The notes under the pieces: generated by a model
What the model saw: only the letters and a program-made list of their open reading frames with translations
What the model was told of the DNA's origin: nothing
Database searches by the model: none
Part shown: piece after piece, positions 12,701 to 28,100 of the stretch
Layout of the letters: each line of letters starts with the position of its first letter
Numbering within the stretch: position 1 is the stretch's first letter
Position numbers and translations under genes: made by a program
Assembly: GCF_964355755.1 (NCBI RefSeq)
Contig: NC_092671.1
Coordinates: 20,584,001-20,648,000, forward strand
Source of the DNA: Antedon mediterranea
Lineage: Eukaryota > Animalia > Echinodermata
Reading direction: 5' to 3'
Length of the DNA: 64,000 nt

Positions 12701-15700
12701 TGTAATTCACACGGCACAATTTTTCTTTAGCATCTTGTATTTTCGTAAAGTCTAAACAGTCAAAAGTAAAGTCTAAAGTTTCATATCCAGTATCTTGCTT
12801 TTATTTTTTAGCTTACATATATTTTAAAGTGAAGGTATCAATCAATGACCGTAAATACAGTAGATTTTAAATTTTATTCTTGGTACAATTTGTTTTTATT
12901 TAATCAGAGTGCGCTTATACTTGCCCACGCAAAGTGGGCAAGAAAAAAAACTACTTTTTAACTTCAACTGGCCATTTCATAACGTCACAACATCCGATAG
13001 GCTTAATTTTTATATCAATTCATATCTACATTTCATCAGCTTTCATACTAAATTATAATTATCAAGGTCACATTTTATTCTGAAGAGCTGTAAGATATTC
13101 AAAATTATGGTGTACAGTAGGTGAAATTACACGACCTACGTTATTCAAGTTTTTACGTGTGATGACGTCATCAAAATGAAAATTTTGACAACTCATGAGA
13201 AAGATAATTAATTGTGCAATCATATACTAAAATTTTAGCAAAAATCTGGAACAAAATAACCGAGATGCGCTCTGTTGAATGTGATAATCTATGACGAAAG
13301 AGAAAAAAACCTAATTTTTAAATTCAAGTGGCCAATTGATGACGTCACAACATTTTGTACGTAAAATGTGTACATGAATACATATCTACAACTCAATGGC
13401 TTCCAGAATAAGTCAAAAAAAAGAATTAATTTCATTTTAAAAATGCCTTATTTTTCACCATTTTCAGCACTTTTGTGCGCATTTTGTCATTTTTAACCTG
13501 CTCATATAGCGTTATTTTAATTCGGAATGGACTCAAATTTGGTGAGTGGACTAAGGATGGTGAGAAGAATGCGATTTTTACAAAAAAAAATACTTTTTAC
13601 GTTTCTTACGTATCGCGCACGCAAAAATGTGTTTTTGCGCAGTAATTTTTTGAAACACACAAATGGCCTAATTCATGCTCTAAATTGATCAAAACGTAAT
13701 TTTGAGCTTTCTAAATTTTTAACGCGCGATTTCACGCGCATGACCCTACGTGCGCATGCGTTTTTATTTGCTAATATTTTTAGCCTTGACCTGAAGTTTA
13801 CGTGTAGTAAATTTCATTAATGTAATTTTACAAAATGGCGTATAAATGACGTCACAAATGAGTGATCACGCTGAAAAGCTTATTAGGACTAAGTTACAGT
13901 ATTTGAAAGACATTGCGAAATTTTGATAATCATTGACATTTAACTTTTTGAGATATTTGTTACATAAATTTGTACAGAGAGAAATAAATAAGAAGAAGAA
14001 TAAAGATTTTATACAATAACAATAGCTGCTCACTTTATTCTAAATGATCACCTAATGAGGTACAAAAGCCGGCAAGCCAAAATCCGCGAGTTAAAAATAA
14101 CTTTGGAAAACGCCTACACATTTTCCAAAACTCTTTATTTTGATATCTAACCGGTTATTATTATTATGTACATCCACCTCAAATGTCAATTTTAAATATT
14201 AAAAAAAAAAATAGAATTTTTGAGTCTTTCTCATTATCAAAGTCTGGCTAATTTAGTATTACTCTAGTAGCTAGATCAACTTTCATATGCACTTTGAAGT
14301 TCAGAGAATTGGTTTAGGGTGGTCAAACAATCAATTTTGTCTTGGTTACACATTTCGAAAAAGAAAAAGACCAAGACCAAACAGCACTAGGTCCTTAAAT
14401 CTCGACAAACACTGGTCACAGCAAGGTAATTTTGGTCTCAAATTGATCAGAAGGTATACATTTAGTCTATTGGGACATTTTTAGTCAAAAATGATCAGAA
14501 ATGACATTTCTGTCTGTCTGTTTGTTTGTTAGCAGGATTACTCAAAAAGTAATTACAAGATCTTTACCTAAATGAATATTCAATTCAATTCAATTCAAAA
14601 AGACATTTATTTTCCTCCATAGCAATACAATACAAAATAATAAACAGAAATGGTAAGGTATATAAACAAATGAAATAGATGATTGTTGGATATACAAAAG
14701 AAAAGTGAATTTAAGAAAATTGGCTATGGAGGAAGGCATAATCCCGAGAAGATGAGGAAATCTTGTGCTGGGTATGCCTATGCAAATAAAATGGATATTT
14801 GAATAAGAGTGGAAATTAAGAGAAACAAACAAGACAAAAAACGCACACAAAAGGAAAAAAAAATAAATTAAAAAAAATAGATCAATCAAATTGAAGAATC
14901 AGAAAATAAAACTAAAAAACCACAGTAGATCAATGTTCAGCAGCATAAATCAAATTGCGACATTCGATCGTTGTCTTTTTAATAGTTTAACATTAGGTGT
15001 TGTTTTAATTTTTTGGAAAATAAAGAAATTGAAACAGCATTTGTAATTGTGGGTGGTAAACTGTTCATATAGGCCCTGTTTCTGCTGCCAAAAATATACC
15101 GTATATATACGGTATATTTTATATACGGTATATTTTTTGGCAGCAGAAATGGGTCTCATAAAAAATATACCGTATATATTTGCGGTATATATACTGCATA
15201 AATATCCCCATCGTTTGTGGATATTATACGGTATATTCCAAAATATACCGTATATTTCGTTCCCCGTTTCTGCTGCACTCAAAATATACCGTAAATGTGA
15301 CCCGACTCATGACACGAGGTAAAAAACTAACAGAGCGCGACGCGTTTGTTTTGGTTTTTCTGCTGCATTGAAAGTTGAAACACACGTGTAAAAGCAAGCA
15401 ACAGATCAAAATGTCACTGTGGACCGAACAAATCACTATTTTTGCAATTCAATTGTGGGGGGAAGCGAAGGTTGGGGGAAGACTGCATGGCAACAGAAGC
15501 GATACCAAGATTTTAATTACAATAAATCGAATGTTCTTACACAACGTGATGTAAAATCATGGTAAAATACTGTATAATAGAAAATGGAAATTAAAACGGC
15601 AATATAGGATAATATAGCATAATATAAACTCAATTTGAATAACAGAGTTTATTTATAGTGACATTTCTAGATTGTGCTTGTATGTGCGGTGTAAATTCGT

Positions 15701-18700
15701 TGCTACTTCTACTCATTAGATTTAAAATAGAAAGCAATGCTACGACGTTTTGAGAACCATCATTGTTTTGTAAAAACCTCACTCACACGAGGTCAATCCA
15801 TACTTCCGTCTCACGAAATGCATTTTGGGTAATGAAAGCCAACTTTTTTACAACCCACCCACGAAGTATGTGCAGCGGAAACGGTGCACGAATTTCATAT
15901 ACGGTATATATACGGTATATTTATACGGTATATTTATACGGTATATTTTGGGTTGGCAGCAGAAACGGGCCCATACAGATAGATATGTGGTCAAGGACCA
16001 TTCCATTAGATTTTGAGACCATTTGGTACCATGGTCCCAATTCTGGACCCCTTTTTGGTATACTTTTCAGACCTGCTAGTGTTAAAAGATAGGACAGAAT
16101 TTTTCAAAAGCCGGCAGGCAGTCTTAAAGTAACAAGTAAACTGAAATTGTATTTTCTCGAGAACTACTTGCATTACAAGTTGATTTTATTTTATACACTT
16201 TTACTATATCTTGTTTTGTATTCATTTGTGTAAAGTAATGATCTACTGTATGTATCGATGTAAATAAATTGGGAGGGGGGGGGGGGGGGGTAAGATAGGG
16301 GTTGATAGTTGCTTTTGCCTTTTTTTACTTTTCTGTTAATTGTTATATTTTATATTGTGAAGGATGCACCTTTGTGCTAAGTGTGCCACCGATCTAAAGG
16401 TGTAATTCCAAATAAATAAATAAATAAATAAATAAAGTAGAGTCACCAGTCAAAATTGCTAAATTATAGCAGGTATCCTGCTATACTTTATTTGCACAAG
16501 TAATTAGCATTGTTTACATAATAGATGAATCAACTGATAACATGTGTACTACAAGTTTTTTCAGCATATCCTAACTTTTTTCAGAAACATATTTCATCAC
16601 TTTAAACAAGATAAATGTGTTCAGAAGTATTTAAAACATACAAATTTAACTTTGATTTGTAAAAATCCATCAAATATAACGTATTTTGAAACTTAGAAAA
16701 GTATTTAATTTCCTTAGAGCCAAGACCTTAGAACACGAATGCTGTTCTATCTGTTGTCTTCCCCCCATCTACCAATGCTTGCCTGTATGCTTTGAATAGA
16801 AAATTGTTCAGGCGAAACGTTCGACTTCCGGTAAAGTTTAGCAGGCTAACTCTCACTCGTGACTCCGGAGAGTTTGCGGACGCAAAGCTTCATTTCCTAT
16901 TCTCCCAATGTAAAGTTTAGCAGTCTAACTCTCTCGTGACTCTGGAGAGTTTGCGGACGTAAAGCTCCATCCCTATTCTTCCAATGTAAAGTTTAGCAGG
17001 CTAACTCTCCTGACTGAGAGTTTACAGACGCAGCGCAAAGCTCATTTCATAAAGTTTAGTTTGGCAGGGCGACATGTGACATGATACTGTATTTTAATAA
17101 TAATTCATTAGAAAATAATTAATAGGAAACTTATATTTTAAAGATGTGACCTTATACCAATTCAAAATTACAATAATTACTATGTTTTGTTTTCAAGTTA
17201 AAATGTGTTTATCGTGGACGACGTGTGAATATGTTTTTGACCTGGGCTTCCTTGTCCTTTGTCACTAATAATAGAGGCATATTTGCATAGTTTAAAATAA
17301 ATACGCACTAAAATTCATATAAATAAAAATTATATTATATATTTTATATTATTATATATTAAAATGTATTTTATCTATTATTAAGTATTTCAAAAATAAG
17401 CTCAGATGCCGGTGGTGAGCAAAATATGTGCACTAAAAATAACTTTGGAAAACACCCACCCTAGTTCCAAAACACGATCGCATGTCACGAGGTTAAAATA
17501 AAAGGTGATGCAATTATTTTGTTATCAATCAGGTTTTTTATTTATATTATACTCCCCAAAATTTATTTTCTGGAATTAAAATTATAATTTTAATAAAAAT
17601 ATATTTTCCGTAAAATAATCTAATTAATTTAGTATTAGTATAACTATAAGACTAACATCAATTCTTTTCAAAACTACACTGTTTTATTTGACATTGCGTG
17701 AACCTGAAAATCGCCAACGAAATGTCAACCAATGTTGAGCTATATTCCGATGTTACACCAATACCACACATGGATAAGAAAGTAGCCTGCTACCAAGATC
17801 GGGCCCAACGAGACAGGCTCCAGTTTTTAGGGCTTTGATGACTAGTTCACGCACGATTTTACTGATATAGAAAAGATTATTTAAGTTCAGTTTATTAGGG
17901 TTAGATTGATTTTAGGAGTTTAATTGATTATTTTGTGGTTAGGTCTAGGGATGGCCTAAGCCTCTCCCTATTTTATTTATGGGCCTGGCTGTCCATCGTC
18001 AGTCCTGACATGGTAACAGACCTACCTACTGGCCTAGATTTAACAAATCAAAAGACATCTCTTTTTGTTTTACCCTTTCTTTACACCACCAGTACATTTA
18101 CACCACCAGTACATTTACAAATTACTGATAGCATCTATATCCTGTATAATGGTTTTCACCCATATGCCTATTGTTCTTCAAACTTCTTTTCATAGGAGTC
18201 TACAATAGGTCTGTAGTTCATTTCCTTTAATGTTTATTGGATTCTGTTCTTTGTTCATTATATTGTCTACCTACACAATTAGCAGGCACAGAATAATAAA
18301 AACACATTCAAGTGAAAATTGTAATTATATCAAAATGAATATTTTGATTAATTTTCAACATGTAAATTGTCCAATTGAAATGCGTTGTTTTGTCAAATAA
18401 GTTGACTCCAGTATGTTTCCTTGTACCAGGAAGTTGTTATTGTTATATTCTAATAACAACTCCCTGCTTGTACTAATAGGCCTATTGTTAAATAATATTT
18501 ATTTATTTTACTTACTCTAGAAGCACCTTCATTCAAGAAGTGTACCACTGTTTCTAAAGTGTAGCTTCCAAATAAATTATTATATGTAAAAAAAGTGGAG
18601 TAAAGTTACTTTAGGTAACTAATTATAAAAGGCATTCATTTTAAATGTGTTATAATTATAGCTAATTCTTTATTTTGTTATTTACTTTATTAATATTAAA

Positions 18701-21700
18701 AATAAACTTCCAACAGCAAGGAGTTATTTAATTACTTATGTGTACACATTCAGAATACCATAGATATATTATAGTGAAACTATCTCTATGAGAATCTCTA
18801 CCAACTGTACTATCTTCAGACTAGCCAGCAAGTTTGGAATAGCCAACATGCATTTGAGTAGTGGGGTGTGTGTAATAATTAAAATAGCCACAAGGATATC
18901 TCAGACAAATTAGATATTTTATCATAACTTTTGAACTACTGGACAGATTTTTTTGCAAAAAAATCTATAATAATTCTTCAAAAAATGCAAGACTATAGCA
19001 ATCAACTTGATAACAAAAAAGTTATTGTGAATATTACTGAAATTGTGTTCAGGCAGAATGAGTTTATATCACACTTCCTGTTCACCAAGATAAATTAAAC
19101 AGATATGATTTTAATCCTTTTTTTCCACTTTGACTCTACTTGTAATGTGTCCAAAAGGCAAGAGTTATAATTTGTGATTTGTAATTTTAAAACATAATTT
19201 GATTTAATGTGCACCTTTTTTGATGCGAGTAGTTTAAAAAACCTATTTCTTTTCAAATTCACTCGTTTGATTTTCGCGTTGCTGTTCTATTGTTAGTCAA
19301 CTGAAACTATTGTTAATTGAAAGGCTTGTTACATAACCATTACCAAACTCCCATACACATGCTTGTATCTATATATAAATTTACGTAAGGGCAAAATTCG
19401 GTAAATCGCGCGTTATTTCTAGAATGTTTACTCGATGGTATGTAAAGTTGGTTCGTACTTTCGGTACTGATTTTAACCACCAGATGTAACCTTGTTTACT
19501 AATTAAATTGAGTTCGATAATTAGTTATTGACGATTAAAACGAATTTAGGTTCAACGATTTGCCCCAAATAGGGGTGTTTTTCGATCGCGGTATACACTG
19601 TCTAATGGATGTCCGTCTTGAAAAATACCCGCAGACAATAATACGAGGATGCTTCGCATTTTCCTATCTCCTCCTACGATAATTGTTTTTAATGGCTGAA
19701 AACCGGTTGAACAGCTCGAGTACAGCATCATAATGTTGAAGACAGGCCGATTTAAAAAAAAAAAAAACTAATTTATTATTTGATAGATTTAATATACGTT
19801 TATACAAATGTATTGATTTGCCATGAATGGAACATTCCAATCTCTGTTCCACAAGTGTCTATTCCCTCAGGCGTCGTAAAGGCAAGTACTGTATACTCAT
19901 AACAGAAATTCGATCCATTTTTTTTTCAACCAACCCAACCATTTCAATCTATGCTGCAGAGGTTGGATATACATTTTTTTTAACAGATAATGAGCTAGCG
20001 CTTTCACTCGCCGTATATTATGTACACATCTTTATTATTGCAGTTAAACCACCCACATCACCACCCTTCCCTCACTGGCATGAGTAGCGTTGTAAAACCA
20101 GTAGAGGATGGGTGTCTTTACGGTACATCACATGCCCTAACTAAACGCAGAACAACTTTGGAGGGTAGGGTAGGAACCAACTTAAGTATGAATTGGCTCT
20201 AAGAAACAATTGAAAACCATTATGCCTACTAATTAAGTTGAGTTAGATAATTTAATATTTATTGACCATTAAATCGAATTTATGATTTTGCCCCGAATAG
20301 AGGTGGTTTTCACAAATTGTTTTAAATTATATAAACATATACACGTCGTAGTGATGTATCGTTACATGTACTATACTATTTCAATCGACGGTGATAGTTT
20401 CAACAAGTATTAAATCGCAATGTTTTACTGTGTATAGTGGTATATTATTTGTAAAACATGAAAACAATTAATATTTCGTTACTAAATGGATAAAGAATAT
20501 ATTTAAAAATTGTTCTTCTTTGCACCCATCCTCTTCCCCATCCCTCAACCCTAATGTTACATACAAAACACAAATTAAGTTTGTTTAAATTTGACTTAAA
20601 CAATGTGTCTCATTTTGTGACAAGTTTCTCTTTCGGATGTATATTCCCAGGGTGCTAATTTTAGTTTAGTACATAAATCACAGTGTCTATTTATTCGTTC
20701 CTGTAAACGACATGTATTATTGTCCTGCGGTACGTACATTTGAAATCGCCAGTTCTTTAACGCTGAAATTATTATGTATTCGAGAACCATCTGTGGGCAC
20801 GACCTAGATGGTACGCTCGCTTCGCTCGCGTACCATCTAGTGTAGTTAAATTAGCCTAAATCACAAACAGCATTAAGACACACACAAATATATATATATA
20901 TATATTTTTTCCCGGAGAAATCTTACGTAGGAGAATTTTTACAGTAGGCGGAGGTATGCACTCTCGGAGTGGTTTCCTAGTTTAAATTGTAATCCGAAAC
21001 GTTTTTGGTCATGGATAAAATCCTCAAGAAAAAATAATAATATCCCTTCGGAACTACAGTACATTTTAATAATCAGTCAACTTACACTGTAAAAGATAAA
21101 GCAAACTTACTTAATCAATTTTTTTTATTCTGTTTTAGCCCTGTTAACAACGATTTGGATATTCCTAATCTTCCTGATTATCCCATTGATTGCTTATCTA
21201 AACTTGAGTTTAATCTGAAGGTTATAGAAAAGCACATTAATGAAATTGATTCTCATAAGGCTTCAGGTAATGATGGTCTGAGTAATATTGTTTTGTCTTT
21301 AGCTGCCAAACCTCTTTCTTTCCCTTGTAAAAACCTTGTAAAATTTTATTTGAAAGATGTATTTCTGAGAAACGTTTTCCGATAAGCAAGAAGTAAGCTA
21401 ACGTGTGCCCTATCTTTAAAGCTGGTTCTAAATCTGATGTACGCAATTATAGACCGGTTTCACTGTTGCCAACTATTTCTAAAGTATTTGAAAAAATTGT
21501 TTACGACCGAATCTTTAAACATATCACCAGTTATTAGTGACCATCAGCACGGATTTTACCCAGGAAGGTCTTGTGAAACCAATTTGTCTGTTCTGTTGTC
21601 ACATGTGTATGATGCAATAAATGCAAAAGGTCAACGCTAGGCCTACTACTAACAAGTAGGCCTGTGTATATGAGCCGCGTCTGCCCTCGCATCTACAATG

Positions 21701-22129
21701 TAGTGGTCATGTTCTCAATTACTGTGTGCCTATATTAAAAGCAGGGCTGAAAATTAACGGTCGCCTGGTCGCCAATGGCGACCTTTATTTGGTAAGGGCG
21801 AGTATTAATTTTGTGATGGTCGACTTCCAGAAACTGCATCCACCTACCATTTATAACCAATCTAGGCCTAGGTTAATAATATATAAACTAAGTTATAAAG
21901 CTACAAGCCTAATGGCAGTCCCTCGTTTTTAAGGAGCGCGATGGCGCTCCTTAAAGGAGAGCAATTAATCGGGCTCCATCTCGCAGTGCGAGGTACCAAC
22001 AAAGGAGATTCCCCCGCCTGCATTCAAGGGCGAGTTTACTTCATCGCATCATAGTGCATCCAGTACGGTGTCATTCATAGAAACACCTCCTTTACAGGAA
22101 GCACATGTCCCAACCAATAATTGTTCCTT

Positions 22130-22164
<35 letters not shown>

Positions 22165-25100
22165 AATACTAATAATAATAATAATAATAATAATACTAAT
22201 AATACTAATGGTTTATAGAGCGCACTTCGTGCTCAAGGCGCGTTTGAATGTTTGCTTATAGTGTGTAAGTCTTTGGTAAAAAGATGGGTTTTTAATAATT
22301 TTTTTAACAAATCCAAGTTTGTACATCTGGCGAATTGAGATAGGCAGTGTATTCCAGAGTCGAGGAGCAGATGTGGCAAAAGCTCTGTCACCATAAGAAG
22401 TGTTTGATATAGGCTGGTGAAGCAGAAGCTGATCGCCAGATCGTAGGTTACGCTCTGGAACATAAGGCTTAATCAATTCGACAATATAGTTAGGAGCCAT
22501 CTCATTTAAACACTTATAAACTAGTAACAATATTTTATAGACAATGCGATGCTGAACAGGAAGCCAATGTAATTCTTTAAGAGTACAGTATCTGTGATAT
22601 GCGAAAACTGTTTTACATTTGTGATTACACGTGCAGAAGCATTTTGAATAAGCTGAAGTCGTTTGATTTGCTTATTTGGTAATCTGTAAAACAGCGAGTT
22701 ACACATATCAATAAATGAATGAACTAATTGTTCAGCAGCTGCATTATCTACATATTTTCTAATACTCTATGTTTCGTAAACAAAATGAGGATGATGATAT
22801 GATAGTCGAAATATGACTATTCATTTTCATATTAACATCCATGGTGACCCCAAGATTTCTTACAGTAATAGCAGAGTCAATTTTAGAATCACCAATGGAA
22901 ATAGAACCTTTTGGCAGTTTTTCAAGCTGTTTTCCGAACCCAAAAAGTATATATTCAGTTTTTTCATCGTTTAGTTTAAGAAAATTACGCTTCATCCAAG
23001 CACGCAACTCGGAAATACAATTTTCTAGTGATTGTATAGAAATGTCATGTTGCACAGTTGACGGCTTGAAAGAAACGTAAATTTGTGTGTCATCCGCATA
23101 TATGATATAACAAATTGTATTTACTGATTATCTTTAATTGGTTGAAGGTAGATTGTGAACAATAATTGTCCAAGAACCGAACCTTGTGGAACTGAGAAAT
23201 TCAATATACTAGGTTCTGAGGTAGAGTCTCCAATACTAACATATTGATATCTGTTTATCAAGTAGGATTGGAACCATTTCAGTGCACAGCCTTCCACGCC
23301 AATACACCTATTTATTCTACTAAGCAAAATCTTGTGATCAACTGTGTCAAACGCAGGAACGTACTATGGAATGCTTTATAAGCCGATTGAAAAGAATCAA
23401 GAAGGGAATGTTCATTTACATGTTCTAACAACCGGATTGAAACAATTTTTTCAACAATTTCAGAAAGAAAACTTAGGTTTGAAATAGGTCTTCTATAATT
23501 TTTTAGAACATCTGGATCTAAAGTAGTTTTCTTTAATGTTGGACGGATATGTGCAACCTTCAGAGTATCAGGAAAACATCCATTCATAATAGTATTCCCG
23601 TATATTTTGGTGTATAAGTCGCACCTGTGCATAAGATGCACCCCCTAACTGAGAGTAAAATATCGGTATTTTTTATATCGTCGATGTATAAGACTCACTT
23701 TATATTTCATCAAAACAATGTTTTTTTTTAAATTGTAATCAATATTATTATTATTGTAATAATATATTGTTATATCTACAACGGAGTCCTTTATTTTTCC
23801 TTCCTAGGCTCGGCTCAACAAATTCTTTCTAACTTGTTATTCATGAGTTTCGTACCCGCAACATCGAGTGCATGACCGTGTGTGTAACACGCACGTGTGT
23901 GGGCTAGCCTCGCTCGATCATTTCGAGAGGGCGCACGTTTTCACGGACAATCGTATTCGATTAGTATCTATGTATCCGAGAAGTGTATATGCTAGGTCCA
24001 TGCTATAATCAACTAAAGAATATAGTAGTCAAATACCATAGACCATGTGGCCGCCAAGAAGGGCTTGCGCTGGGGGTACGGCGGTCGGCGATCGTGCGTA
24101 TAACTATAAATACATTAAATACTATTCCAATCGTAAACGTTTAGGCCTACAAATGAAATGTTATCGGAGCGCCTAAAACAGCTCCATATGAACAAATATT
24201 TTCATCATATTTAGTATAACATCACGCTAAAATGCCTAGAAAACTTGGCAGAAGCAGGTTGCCGCTACGTTAGTACACTGTAGGTAGCCTATGCTAGGCC
24301 TAGGCTAGCCAACGAGGTGACAATATGTAGAATCTGTTCTGTGTGGTGTGAGGCATAATGTTCGGTGTATAAGACGCACCCTTAATTTAGGTCAAATTTG
24401 CGTGTCAAAAGTGCGACTTATACACCGAAATATACGGTATTTACAATTCGAGTTATAATAGGAATGAAGATTCCAGGACTAGCAGCCTTTATAAAAGCTG
24501 TAGGTATAGGATCAAGTGCACAAGTTTTAGAAGATGAGCCTTTAATAATGATACTAATTTCTTCTTCACTTGCCAATTTAAGCTCCGACAGCTTAATAGT
24601 GTTAGATAGGCCAATATCATGTTCATTAACCTGGTGTGCAATTTCAGAGTCATCACTAATATTGGGTGACAGTGAATCTCTGGTAATAATTACAATTTTA
24701 TTTTTGAAAAACTCTGAAAATTGTTCAACAAGAACATCATTTGTGGTAGAAGAAGGGAGTATTGGTGATTTAAAGCGGTTTAACAGGTTACGGTATTTAC
24801 AATGTTAAATACTGTAGCTTTTTCTGGTCACCAGAACATTCTCGAACCAAGGCAGAATAATAATTAATCTTAGCCTTCTCTACCAGTTTGTTTACCACGC
24901 ATCGTTGATAGCAATAGTTTTTTCTATCAGAAGGAAGTTTGGATTTCATTCAAGTCGACGGCATGTTTTTCTCGCTGAACATATCTCTTCAGTGAACCAG
25001 GGTTTTGTAGCCGAGGGTTTTATAATTTTTGTTTTCAATGGAGCATGTTTATCTAATACTGCTTTTAATGCATTGTAACTTTCTATATCTTCATTTAAAC

Positions 25101-28100
25101 AACTTTCGGACAGATTTGTAAGACCAGCTTCAATATCTTGTTTGAATTTCTCCATGTTTATTTGTTTTAAATTTTGATTTTTCCTAATAATTTTTGGCAA
25201 TCCTGGTTTTTTAAGATCCAGTTTGCACATTATGGCAAAATGGTCAGATAAACCTGGATGAACATATATCATAGACATAAGTGGATCTACATTATCACGA
25301 GTAATGATAAGATCAAGACAATGACCACTGCAGTGTGTAGGCTCACTAACATGTTGCAAAAGGCCGAATGATGATAGAAGAGATTTAAATTTATTAGCAA
25401 ATGAATTATTCACATTATCCATATGAATGTTAAAATCTCCACAAAAAATGATTTCAGATGAGTAAACAAGATACTCATATATTAAACTTTTGAAATCATC
25501 GAGAAATTCAACAAAAGACAAATTAGGTGGTCGGTAAATGTTAACAATATTGAATATTTTAGATTTCAATGAAATCTGAACATGAATGGCTTCAAATGAA
25601 GAGAATGATGACTTATCAGTTATCAGTTATATTAGTTTTATAGAGAATTCCGACACCACCACGAGTTTTATCAACTCTATGGATATTTTTAAAACTATAC
25701 CCTAATGGTGTTAAATTACTAATTACAGAAACATCGGTCGGTTTTAACCAGGTTTCTGATATTGCTACAATATCTAGACTGTGATCCAACCCAAAAAACT
25801 CACAAAACTCATCACATTTATTTCTTAATGATCGAGCATAGTATACACAAGTTAAATTTAGAAGATTGTGAACATCTGGTGCAGTGTCGTTTTATAGTCG
25901 GCGGACTGTTTCTAGATACTCGCTCCACTCTTGGTATATTTGGTTTCTGTAGGGTTTTATTGATTGTCGGCGATACAGATTTGCCCGACGAAAAACCAAC
26001 AACTGTGACTTTGCGTTTGGTACATGTACAGACAAAGATTCATCATTAGTATTTATATGATTTATAATGTTTCTAGCAAAGGACCCTACTCCAATTTTAT
26101 TTAAGTGAACTCCATCAGCAGAAAGCTGTTTTGAAATAACACAGCTGTTGTCAATGAAACCACAATTTTTGTTTTTGGCAACTGCTCTTATCTTATTATT
26201 TGCATCATCAATTGTTTTGAATTCATTAACGGGCTCATTTTTTCGATGAATTATTGAGGATATTGTCAACTTCTTCTTCAGTTGTAGAAATTCTCCAAGA
26301 GACGATATCTTTGGCTGCGATAGTGGTCAATAATACTATTGACGTTATGATCATCTGACAGTAGCTTCGCCTTCTGTGCAATATCCTCAATTTTTTCCCC
26401 TCTCATTGTCCGACATATAACATCTCAAATTTGTTGATTCGTTTTGGTTGAAAGTGTTTTATCATCGAGTCGCCGATGATCAGAACCTTTCTGTCTGAGG
26501 CATTGCCAGAGATTATCTGCTTGTGTTTGTTTCTATATTGTTTTAGCTGCTCCTGGTATAGGACAGAAACAGGTGATTTTTGTTTAGGAAGTTTTGAAGG
26601 AGTTGAGGAAGCCTGCCTATTGCTAAGCTCATCGAACAGATTATCAATCAATTTTTCAGTTCTAGTAATAGTCAGCGTCATTCGTTGTGAAAGATAAATC
26701 ATCACTTGTTTGGGTTGAACTAGAACTTTTTTGGCATTCTAATATTTGTTTTTTGGTTCGTTTTACTACAAAATCCGAGGTGTCAATGGCAATCTGTGTT
26801 CTTTTTAGTTCATATATTTCGTTCTTAGCTATGGATAAGTTATGCTCTGTTTCTATAACTTGTTGATGTAAAGTCATTATTTGGTCATCTTTGTTCATTA
26901 TACATTTCTCCCATGATTTTATAGAGTCAAAGTCAAGTTTCAGTTGTTTATTTTCCTTCTCCAACTTTTTAATTTTTTCATTTGATTTGTCAATGTCAGA
27001 CCTCATTTTAGAAATATCATCAATTTTTTTGGGACAGTTTTTCTTAAGAGACTCCACCTCAGATTTTTCAGAGATTTGTTTTCCGTTTTGAGATTTACAT
27101 TTTCAGTTCTAATAATTTGTAGCTTGAGGTCACAGTTTTCTTTTATATAATTTGTTATAACATCATTCAGCTTCTTCTCTAAAGATCCCGGAAAATGTTG
27201 CTCGTTTATTGGAGGGTATTCATCACATATTCATAATAAGGTTGGTGGAGAGCACAAAACCTGTCTTACTTGTGGGGTTTGTTCAGAGTCCATTCTTGTT
27301 AGTGTTGGGGGAGTTTCAAGTTTTTTTATTTTCGCAGCTGCTTTAGGCATGATAATAAGTATTTATTTATTTCAGCACCACTCACGTTAAACAGAATGCT
27401 CACAGTTCACAGAAGCGATTGTGAACAAAAGAACTATTACGTAACATAAACAAAAGGCATGAGTGGAGAAAGCAATGGACTGTTCTGTAGACCGTGAAGA
27501 ATGTTTCCAAGGCAACAGACAACAATCTCTCAGTGAAAAAAACAATACATTTGTAAGCCCAGAAAATGAACCGTTAATTAAAGGGCAACGGTATGACTAG
27601 AGCCTGTACAGTTCGTTAGAGTATTGGTGTAGTTAAAGTTATGTGACTTAGAAAAACAAAGGTTGTTTCTATTCTCTAGTATTTAAAAACTTGCCTTTAT
27701 TTCCTCATCAAGCAGAGATACAGTTATTCTAGAATTTACCTGTGCAGTTGTAGTTACCAAATAGATAGATTTAAGCACAAAACTGAGATATTAAATCAGT
27801 TCAAACATACAGTGTACTGTTCAGTTCGGTTACGTATTATCTACAGTATCCAGGCTCCTTTTATGCTTACTACATGTTTTTATAAAACGGGTTTTTAAAA
27901 GGAAACATTAATATAGGAGGCCTAAATATAATGTTTATTATTTAAAAAGCTTAGTAGCTTTAATTATGTCATTTTGAAGATGGATTATTTCTTCAAAAGT
28001 TCTAACTAATTTGGTCACTCAAATCCTCCTCAAAACACGTGCTGATGTGTGTGACGTCAGCATCTTCTAAGGCTTTTTCACACAGAACTTCGGCAATATT

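Larger units (their letters stand above)
22131..27420 (-). mobile_element. Near-full-length degraded L2/CR1-group LINE (ORF1 + ORF2), (TTA)n tail
   Basis: ORF2 pieces: APE (IYRPP, GDFNIH, LDL, SDH; 24946-25569), RT ([18 protein letters not shown]), C-terminus (YGDRAF...APRLWN); ORF1 pieces 25892-27350; microsatellite 22131-22208; interrupted by a MITE. Confidence 0.92.

Noticed and set aside
14950-16092. Several Y/T/V/I-rich ORFs on both strands
   Set aside because: They are translations of palindromic ataccgtatat modules in a MITE.
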